Positions 39,245-48,390 of a DNA stretch of 64,000 nt are shown one piece after another. The DNA is from Malacoraja senta. Taxonomy: Eukaryota. Each line of letters begins with the position of its first letter. The first letter of the stretch is position 1. The translations under genes were made by a program, and so were the position numbers. The notes below the pieces were generated by a model, which saw nothing but the letters and a program-made list of their open reading frames with translations, was not told where the DNA came from and made no database searches. Location of the stretch: positions 2,172,001 to 2,236,000 of the forward strand of contig CM075994.1 in NCBI GenBank assembly GCA_038087875.1. Direction: 5' to 3'.

Positions 39245-39965
39245 AAAATAGAACAGTAGAGCACTAGAACTGGCCTTTCAGCCCACCATGTCTGCGCTGA
39301 ACATGATGCCAAACCCACCTCTTACCTGCCCGCACATAATCCATATCCTTCCATTCCCTGTATATCCATGTGCTGACCCAAAAGTTACTTATATGTCACT
39401 ATCATATCTGCCTCAACCACCATCCCTGGTAGCATGTTCCAGGCACTCACCAACAATCTTGTGTAATAAAACACCTTGGCCCGCAATCTCCTTTAAACTT
39501 TATCCCTCTTGCCTTAAAGCTATGCCCTCTAGTATTTGATTTTCCACCCTGGGGGGAAAAAGGTTCTGACTGTCTACCCTATCTATACCTCTCATAGTTT
39601 TATATGCCTCCATAAGGTCTCCCCATAACCTTCAGCATTGCAGAGAAAACAATCCAAGTCTGTTCAACCTCTCCCTGTAGCCAAAACCCTCTAATCAAGA
39701 CATCATTCTGGTAAACCACCTCTGCACCTTTATAAATGCCTCCCCATCCTTTCTTTAATGGAGCGACCAGAACTGCACGCAATACTCCAAATGTGGTCTA
39801 ACCAAAGTCCTATAAAGGTGCATCATGATTTCCTGACTCATATGCTCAATGTCCCAACTTATGAAAGCAAGCATTCTATATTCCTTCACCACTGTTTACT
39901 TTGATGGCCTTCCTCACAGTCCACAGCCCCAGCAATCTTGTAATCTGTAAACTTACTAACCAACC
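39245..39965 (-). mobile_element. Older CR1 3' fragment followed by (GT)n
   Basis: gaccagaactgcacgcaatactcc (reverse of LEYCVQFW) and CR1 tail; (GT)n at about 39972-39995. Confidence 0.75.
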
Positions 39966-40161
39966 CAAGTCGTGTGTGTGTGTGTGTGTGTGTGTCACAA
40001 CCCTCTGTCTTCATACAATATCCACAACCCTACGCTCATAAATCATCTTTGTTACCTCCTCAAAAAACGTTACCAAGTTAGTTTGACAACTTGCAAACTG
40101 TACAAGTGAAAATTTCAAATGTACGTGTGACAAATATTTTTTTTTGCCTTTACTCCCACAG

Positions 40162-42641
40162 TGAATGGAACATCTGGAGCTTCTGAAAACAAACCTCCGT
40201 GCACTGTTAATATTCCCATTGCACCCATCCATAGTTCTGCACAAGCAATGTCCCCCACTCAGAGCATTGGTCTTGTCCAGTCATTACTAGCCAATCAGAA
40301 CGTGCAACTTGATGTTTTGACCAATCAAACTGCAGTTGCAGGAGCAGTGGAGCACACATTGGACAGCTCCAGCCAGTATGCGATTCCTAATAGGTATTCC
40401 AATCCAGGGCAGGCTATCTTTGGTAATCTGGAAGCAGGCCGTATGACTGGTGGATCCCAGCAGCCATCACAGCAGATCTCAGGGATGGTGCAGATTCCTC
40501 CTGTGGAACATGTTGAAAGGGAGCCCGAGCACGTTCAAAAAATCAAACCCTTACGCACAGTGCCACAATTGGTGGAAAGTGACACGGTGGTATTCTGCAC
40601 AACTCCTGAAATTCAGTTGACTAAAATAAATACCCATCCGCCTCCTCCATATCCGGGTACCACCACAGCGACTGTAGCCACTCCTGCTACTGTTCCGTCA
40701 GTAGATATCTGTCTGAAAAAAGCAGATTTTTCCCTCTTTCCCACTGGACATCTGCAAACCCCGCTGGGCTACGAGAGAATCACAACCTTTGACAGCAGCG
40801 GCAACGTGGAAGAAGTGTGCAGGCCTCGCACGCGTATAATGAGCAACCAAAACATGTATACACTTCCCGGCCCAGGGCAGTCATTGTTTCGCCTGCCCTC
40901 AGCTGATGCAAAGAAGATACAGCAGGTATATGGGACACTAAATAGGCTAAATGTTGCTCACTGTGTCATTCCAAGCGGGGATCCACCGCCTTATCCCGAT
41001 GCAACTCTTAGGAGGCACCGTATTAATAGCAACACACTACAAATGCCATTGCGAAGAAACAGCAAAGATGCCGCATTAAAGGTTTCTCAGCTTCTCGAAT
41101 CCCAAAGAGTTGTTCAACATGGTCATAAAGCAAAAAACAACTCTATTTCTGCACAGTACCAACAAAACACTCTCCGATCTCCTCCTGCGCTCTATACCTG
41201 CAGTCAGTGCATCAACAACGGCGGTAACATTGTCAGGCAGGAGCTCCCGACTGGAGCTGGCTCTCAGCACAGCACTGTAATTGTGCACTCATCTAGTACG
41301 TCACCTCTCTCTTCTCAGTCATCTTACAATCTGCTGAGTCCCCCAGACAGCTGCCATGATAGAACTGAATACATTAATAACGCCTTCACTGAGGACGAGT
41401 CCATTTTGCAGCCTTGCCAAATTGACAAATCCATTCATCACATTACATTGAATAATGCGATCGCAATGAGCATGAAGCGGCCACCTCCATATCAATGGGA
41501 CCCATCGGGGAGTGAGGAGATTTGGATCCCACAGGATAGACCAACTCAGGTTTCAACAACAGGGAGTCATAAACTACCACCTCTCATCCTGGAGCAATCA
41601 CACATGGAGATGTCCCATGTATCATTCGTTCCTATTAAATCTACCAGTCCAACAGTCACTTTTCAACCAAATTATGGACTGACTTTACCATATCCAATAA
41701 GTTACACGGCATCTCCTATTGCAGCCTTTCAGGAATCATTTCCTCCTCCTCCCCCCGAAGCTATTGGGCCACCACCATACCCACAGCAAGACCCTTCGGT
41801 AGTTGTCCAGTCTGGTTATCCAGCTAATATCACCTGTTGTCCATTACCACCAATGTATCCATCCAGTAACACTTTTTCTAGTTTACAACTCACCCAGATT
41901 GCATTGCATCAGTGGAATGCCTACAGTGCATGTTCTCCAATGCACAGCTCGCAAGGGACTTTGAACTCAAAGCCACACTTGCTTGTTGAGAAATCTGGAA
42001 TGCCTCCATTTCCAGCAGAGCTTCAGAATCATACAGGTACTGAAGTGATTGTGGAAACAGCAGACAATTTCCAAGAAGTTCTCTCTTTGACAGAATCTCC
42101 CGTGCCCCAACGAACTGATAAATGCAACAAGAAAAGCCGTAAACGGCTGGACAGTCGGCCAGAGGAAACCAACATGCAAGCAGTAACTGAAGGAAAGGTG
42201 AAAAAAGAGGCAAAGGCACTTACAGACTTCAATTCTCTTATTTCTAGCCCAAGACTAGGAAGAGAAAAGAAAAAAATCAAAAGCCAAAAAGATCAGCTAA
42301 AATCCAAGAAGCTGAATAAAATGAGCGAGTTTCAAGACAGTTCAGAAAGTGAGCCCGAGTTATTCATTAGTGGAGATGAGCTAATGAATCAGAGCCAGAG
42401 CACCAAAAAGGTTTGGAAAACTAAGAGAAACCTAAGGACAGCAAATGAAACAGATGAGCTGAAATGTCGAAGAGCAAATGATAAAGAGGATGGGAAGCTG
42501 GGAAATCAAGGGTTTGTATATGTAATGGCTAACAAGCAGCCACTTTGGAATGAGGCCACGCAAGTTTACCAGTTGGACTTTGGCGGAAGAGTGACACAAG
42601 AATCAGCAAAGAACTTCCAAATTGAACTTGATGGACGACAG
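40162..42641 (+). CDS. TULP4: TULP4 coding exon 13 (2480-nt giant exon; Pro/Ser-rich region and start of the C-terminal tubby segment)
   Basis: cccacag| acceptor, CAG|gtatgt donor. Matches the 831-aa ORF 40161..42656 and ends ...NKQPLWNEATQVYQLDFGGRVTQESAKNFQIELDGRQ. Confidence 0.98.
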
Positions 42642-43502
42642 GTATGTAAAATGTAAAAGAAAAAACAAGTAGCTGCAGATCTTTTTTGCTGAATGTCTAA
42701 GTGACTTTTGAATGCTTTTGTTTATAGACTATGCTAATGAGAAGGTGCTGGTTTGGTGTGCAACAGAACAGATTCTCTTGAACAAGATAAGAATCAGAAT
42801 TGTACAGCCAGACTGGCCAACTATATCCATGCTGACCTTGTTCAACTATATAGTTGACCTTGGCCAACTATATCCATGCTGACCTTGATGCCTATCTGTT
42901 AATCCCACACCCACATTGGCCTATTTCCCTCCACACCATCCCTATCCAAGTACCTGTCCAATAACCTTTTTACACATTGCAATTTTATCTGTCTCCGCTG
43001 CCACCTCTGGCAGCTCATTCCAGATATTCACCACCCTCTGTGGAAAACCTAACCAGATATCCTTTAAATGTATCTCCCATCAGCTAAAACCAGTGCCCTC
43101 TGGACTCCCCTGCCCTGTGAAAAGGACTTGCTATTTTTCCTTCAATCCCACCTTTTATAAACCTCTAAGGTCAGCCTCGTATGTTCCAGTGAGAAAACCC
43201 CCCAGCCTATCCAATCTCACCTTATAACAACAGGTCTCATTCCAGTCAACATCCTGATGATTCTCTTCCACAGTTTCTCTGTTGCTGCCACATCCCTCTG
43301 GTGTGGTGACCAGAGCTGTACACAACAGTCCAAATGCAGTCTAATCAATGTTTTGTCAAACTACAGCAGATTAAACCACCTCACCCAAATGTTGCCAAGC
43401 AATTCTTTCCTAAAAGGGACCAGGTATCTGACTAAGGATGCAGGAAAGAACTGGTGAACAAGCACTTGCTCTGATGTTTTTTGTGGTGATGGTGTCACAG
43501 AA

Positions 43503-43795
43503 CAGGCGGCACAGTGGCACAGCAGTAGAGTTGCTGCCTTACAGTGCCAGAGACCCAGGTTCGATCCTGACTACAGGTACTGTCTGTATGGAGTTTGTAT
43601 GTTCTTCCCTGTGTCCCTGTGGGTTTTCTCCTATGCACCAAGGACATACAGGTTTGTAGGTTAATTGGCTTGGTGTAAAAATTATAACTTGTCCCTAGAG
43701 TGTAAGATAGTGTTCGAGTACGGGGATTGCTGGTCGGCGTGGACTTGGTTGGCCAAAGAGTCTATTTCTACGCTGTATCTCTAAAACATAAACTA
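43503..43795 (+). mobile_element. V-SINE (HE1-like)
   Basis: ggcggcacagtggcacagcagtagagttgctgcc...ggttcgatcc...gctgtatctctaaa. Confidence 0.85.
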
Positions 43796-44714
43796 AAAAA
43801 TTAATCCTCACTGACGGAATGAGAGAGATCGATAATGAGGGTTTCTGCATATCAATCTCTCCTGCCTCCCCCAGTCCATTTCACACTACAAGAGGATGTA
43901 AGTACACACTCTACCTTCCTCTTCTCCCTCCCCTCTCCCAGCCCTTCCTATTTTCATTTCAGACGCCCAACCACTGAAACCTTCCTGGAGAAGGACAAGG
44001 GAAAAGGGGCATAATTACCGAACTACTGCATCTCACCTCCAGCAACTCTGATTCAATCCTGATTTCTGGTTCAGTCTGTGTGGAGTTTGCAATTCTCCCT
44101 CTGTGTGCGTTTCCTCCCATAGGTTACTTGGCCATTGTCCCTAGTGTGTAGGTGAATGGTAAAACCTGGGGCATAGTTCATGGCAGCGTTGGCAGAATGA
44201 AGTGTGATTAGTGTGCGCTTGATGGGCAGCATGAATTTAGTGGGCTGAAGGGTCTGTTTCTGGCTGTATGACTCTGACTGTGAGTATGGCAATGAAAATT
44301 AAAATACTATCCTCATCAGACATCTGCAGCCAGCAGCATTATGTTTGCATGAATCTTGTATCATTTTACTGAACTTGAACTGTTTGCAATATGAAATTCC
44401 ATGTGCTTCATATTTATGATGTCAACAGGAATATGTTCAAATCCAAACCTCCAAGTCCGTCCCGGACTTTTCCAGGTAACCCATGCTGATCACATGTGAT
44501 ATAGAGCCATAAAGTCATAGAGCATGGAAACAAGCATTCCAACTTGCCCACACCAAACAACATGTCCTATCTACACTAATCCCATCTGCCTGCATTTGGC
44601 CCATCTATCTATCTATCTATATTTAAAACTCTGTGTGTGTGTGTGTGGGTGCCTGCTTGACTTGTGCCAGCCAGCCCCTTTGATACCGCGCAACGCCAAC
44701 ACCGCACGCAGAAA

Positions 44715-45388
44715 CCTCCCTCCACCCTCCCCCACACCTCTCTCCCCCTCCCCTCGCCTACCCCACCCTTCTCTCCTCTCCCTCTCCATCCCCCTCTCCT
44801 CACCCCTCTCCCTCTCCTCCCCCCCCCATCACTCTCTCCCCCATCCCCCTTCCCTCTCTACCCCACCCCCTTCCCTCTCTCCCCCGTCCCCTTCCCCTAC
44901 CCCGCTGTCCCTCTTCCACCACTCCCCCTACCCCTGTCCCCCTCCCTCCCCATTCTTCCACTTATCTCCCAAACCCATCCCCATCTGCCTCCCCCACCCC
45001 TCTCCCTCCCTCCCTTCCCTCTCCCTCCCCACTCTTCCTCCTCTCTCCCCCCTACCCCTCTCCCCCTCCCTCCACACTCTTCCCCATCTCCCTCCCCACT
45101 CCTCTCTCTCCCCCACCTTCCCTCTCCCTCCACACTCTTCCCCCTCCCCTACCCCCACCCCTATCCCTCTCTCCCCCATCCCCCTTCCCTCTCCCCCACC
45201 CCCTACCCCATCTCCCTCCTCTCCTCCTTCACACCTCTCTCCCCTCCCCATCACTCTCCCCTCCCCCACCCCTCTCTCCTCCCCCTCTCCATCTCCCTCT
45301 CCCCTCCCTCCCCTCTTCTCTCCCCACCCCGTCTCCCTCTCCCCCCCCCTCCCCTCTTCTCTCCCCACCCCGTCTCCCTCTCCCCCCG
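44715..45388. repeat. C/T-rich low-complexity polypyrimidine tract
   Basis: About 670 bp almost entirely C/T; source of spurious Pro/Ser/Leu and Gly/Glu/Arg ORFs. Confidence 0.95.
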
Positions 45389-45496
45389 CCTGTGTGTTTG
45401 GAGGGTGGTTAGTGTGAGTGTGATGCCGCAGCCCCCCACCCCCCCCCCCCAAACGTGCGTTGGGGAAACAGCCCGCCAACAGTCTCTCTGTCTTTA

Positions 45497-45710
45497 AGAA
45501 GGAACTGCAGATGCTGGAAAATTGAAGGTACACAAAAAAAAGCTGTATAAACTCAGCGGGTGCAGCAGCATCTATGGATCGAAGGAAATAGGCAACGTTT
45601 CGGGACGAACCACGTCTAAAGATGGGTTTCGGCCCAAAGCGTTGCCTATTTCCTTCGCTCCATAGATGCTGCTGCACCCGCTGAGTTTTTCCAGCTTTTT
45701 TTTGTGTACC
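45497..45710. mobile_element. Penelope-derived foldback element nested in the Helitron
   Basis: About 78-bp inverted arms (45527-45604 and about 45633-45710) with a degenerate hammerhead-like core between them. Confidence 0.75.
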
Positions 45711-45844
45711 AGTCTCTGTCTCTCCCTCTCTCTCTCTCTCTCTCTCTGCCCTTCTCTCTTCACAGCCCGCAGCTCGACTAATGCACGCCCGCTCCAAACC
45801 CCCCCTTCACCTCTCTCCCCATCCTCTCCTTCCTCTCTCCACCC

Positions 45845-46375
45845 CTTCCTCTCTCCCCCTCCTCTCTCCCCCTCCTCTCTCCCCCTCCTCTCTCCCCCTC
45901 CTCTCTCCCCCTCCTCTCTCCCCCTCCTCTCTCCCCTCCTCTCTCTCCCCTCCTCTCTCCCCCTCCTCTCTCCCCCATCCTCTCTCCCCCATCCTCTCTC
46001 CCCCATCCTCTCTCCCCCATCCTCTCTCCCCCATCCTCTCTCCCCCATCCTCTCTCCCCCATCCTCTCTCCCCCATCCTCTCTCCCCCATCCTCTCTCCC
46101 CCATCCTCTCTCCCCCATCCTCTCTCCCCCATCCTCTCTCCCCCATCCTCTCTCCCCCATCCTCTCTCCCCCATCCTCTCTCCCCATCCTCTCTCCCCCA
46201 TCCTCTCTCCCCCATCCTCTCTCCCCCATCCTCTCTCCCCCATCCTCTCTCCCCCATCCTCTCTCCCCCATCCTCTCTCCCCCATCCTCTCTCCCCCATC
46301 CTCTCTCCCCCATCCTCTCTCCCCCATCCTCTCTCCCCCATCCTCTCTCCCCCATCCTCTCTCCCCCATCCTCTC
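45845..46375. repeat. 15-bp minisatellite (CCATCCTCTCTCCCC)n with degenerate 14-bp units upstream
   Basis: Roughly 26 near-perfect 15-bp units from about 45975 to 46370. Confidence 0.95.
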
Positions 46376-47165
46376 CACCCTCCTCCTCCCCCTCTTCAAT
46401 TTTTTTTTTCTAACATTAAATTTTCTATCTCTGCCCCCCCCCCTCTAGACGCACCTGAGAGGCGAGGGGTATTCGTCAGTGGATAGGGTGGAGATGGGAA
46501 AATATCAAGGGGTGTGATGAGTGTGTGTGTTTGTGGGTGCCAGATTCCCACCCCGCAACCGTGCTTTGGAGGAAAGGGGGTGGTTAGTGTGACGCCACAG
46601 CTTCCCCCCCCCCCCCCCCCCCCCGCAAACGCACGTTCGGTGTCCAGACCCAACGGGTCTGTACTTGGTCTAGTATCTCTCTAAACCTATCCTATCCATG
46701 TAGCTGTCTAAATGTTTCTTAAATGTTGCAATAGTACCTGCCTCAACTACCTCTGGCAGCTCATACTAATATATACCCCAATATGTTTTGGTTTCATTTT
46801 TACTCTCCTCCCATTTGTGCTCGTATCATGTTGTAAAATAGCTTGGAAACTCCTGCATAATCCAAGAATTTCACATTTTTCAATTAAAGAAAATTTGAAA
46901 GATGTATATGTAATTTTGTAAAGTGGACTGGTCCACTGTATGATTCTGTTCACTATGGTATGTATTTAAATTAAAATATATAAATACTTTTTAATACCAC
47001 ATTTTAAAAAAGTACGAGTATTCACTCATCATTAATATTACCTCAATGCCTAGATGCTAATTCACATATTTAGGGTGTAGAGTATTGAGGAATTTCTGGA
47101 AGTTCTTGGTGCTACTGCCTCAAGATGGCGTTTAGTGAAAAGTGAAGGAAATGCATGCAGGTTAC

Positions 47166-47560
47166 ATCATCATCGTTGAAAAACATTAGCGATGCATTGG
47201 TGCTGGTTTCCAATGGGAATGGTGACGGACGCACCACACATCTCTGTCCTCCAGTTCCTGTGGACTCCCACCGCTGGAAGTATAGGATTTTGGCGTGTGT
47301 GCTTTATCATCATTCCTTTCAATGCTATGTATGACAGTGGTCGCAATTTCTACTGAAGTGTGGATGGCCTTTGGCTCGCTAGAAGCTCATCCGCCCTTTG
47401 ACAGGTCTTGTTTTTGGTCCTGCTGGGGGTCCACAGTCCCCTCCTCACCTAGCAAACTAAGTGGGGGAGACGGTTTAGCCGCCGACTATCCTGACCACGG
47501 AGCAGATAGCACGGGATTACATGGTACCCGTGGCGGGGGAAACTCCCCCCGACCTGACCT
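47166..47560 (-). mobile_element. Short (GAT)n-tailed retroposon, copy 2 (longer)
   Basis: Homologous to 11125-11422 but retains about 120 bp missing there; aggttac repeated at both flanks. Confidence 0.75.
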
Positions 47561-48273
47561 TAGGTAAGGTTACCATAGGCAAGAATTGTAAACAATTTGG
47601 GGAAAAATTGGAAATAGGGGAGAGGATCATCTTTGAAATAAATGAGGATAATAATCAATAAAACACTACAATTTACTCCCAAATATATCCTTTTAGTTGT
47701 GCAAGATAGTGATACATATAGCCTATTCTTGAGCTGGCACTGAAAATTGTGCTCTTCAGGTCACAGGGCCTATCTATTCATGATAGACACAAAGTGCTAG
47801 AGTAATTCAGCGGGTCAGACAGCATCTCTGGACAAAAAGGGTGGGCAGTGTATAGGGGAGGGAACTAGAAGTAGGACTAGGCCAGAACAAATCCGGGCTG
47901 GCAACAGATGACCAACAAAGATTGGAGTCCATAATGGCTCATTGTTGGCTGGGGTATAGGTGATAGCAAAGTGATAAAAGGATGCGAACAGTGAAACTGG
48001 TAGGCTGTATTCATACTGCATATTTATGAACTTTACAAATAGGCTGTAAATTGTTTCTCAAATGGGAGTGACATCATGCTCCAAAAATACATCTTGAAAG
48101 AATTTTCATGAACCTGTTCATCTTAGCTCTTTAGGAAAGAATATGTCACCAAAACAGATCTTGAGTATATTGTACACTTAATGTGCTTTTGTTTCCTGCC
48201 AAATTATTTCAATAAAAATCACTCAAGCAGTATTTTTACCACAATATCATTCTGTTTATATTGTTTTTTTTAG

Positions 48274-48390
48274 GTGATGCAGTTTGGAAGGATTGATGGA
48301 AATGCGTATATTCTGGATTTTCAATATCCATTTTCAGCAGTGCAGGCTTTTGCTGTTGCATTGGCAAATGTTACACAACGACTGAAATGA
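48274..48390 (+). CDS. TULP4: TULP4 last coding exon 14 (VMQFGRIDGNAYILDFQYPFSAVQAFAVALANVTQRLK*)
   Basis: tttttttag| acceptor; TGA at 48388-48390; typical tubby C-terminal motif. Confidence 0.97.
   Translation: MMQFGRIDGNAYILDFQYPFSAVQAFAVALANVTQRLK

Larger units (their letters stand above)
44604..46673 (+). mobile_element. Non-autonomous Helitron, 2070 bp
   Basis: A|TC...CTAG|T with no TSD; subterminal hairpin CAGACCC-aac-GGGTCTG (46645-46661); removing it restores the CR1-tail sequence ggccca|tatctctctaaacc. Confidence 0.85.
416..48390 (+). other. TULP4: TULP4 gene span (start codon to stop codon), 14 coding exons, 4611-nt CDS, 1536 aa
   Basis: Exon lengths 252+129+162+181+135+167+225+235+145+145+94+144+2480+117=4611. 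All introns are GT-AG and phases are consistent. The translation is colinear with vertebrate TULP4 as recalled (MFAAVEQGPVVCSDSNILCLSWKGRVPK...FAVALANVTQRLK). Confidence 0.97.

Noticed and set aside
41890..42280. Antisense ORFs overlapping exon 13
   Set aside because: Short, with no recognisable motifs, and expected opposite a long coding exon.
45975..46370. Regular repeat array as a possible CRISPR
   Set aside because: Contiguous tandem units with no unique spacers, in a vertebrate intron.
44524..46448. Long Pro/Ser/Leu-rich and Gly/Glu/Arg-rich ORFs on both strands (up to 297 aa)
   Set aside because: They are translations of stop-free C/T low-complexity and 15-bp minisatellite sequence inside a Helitron.
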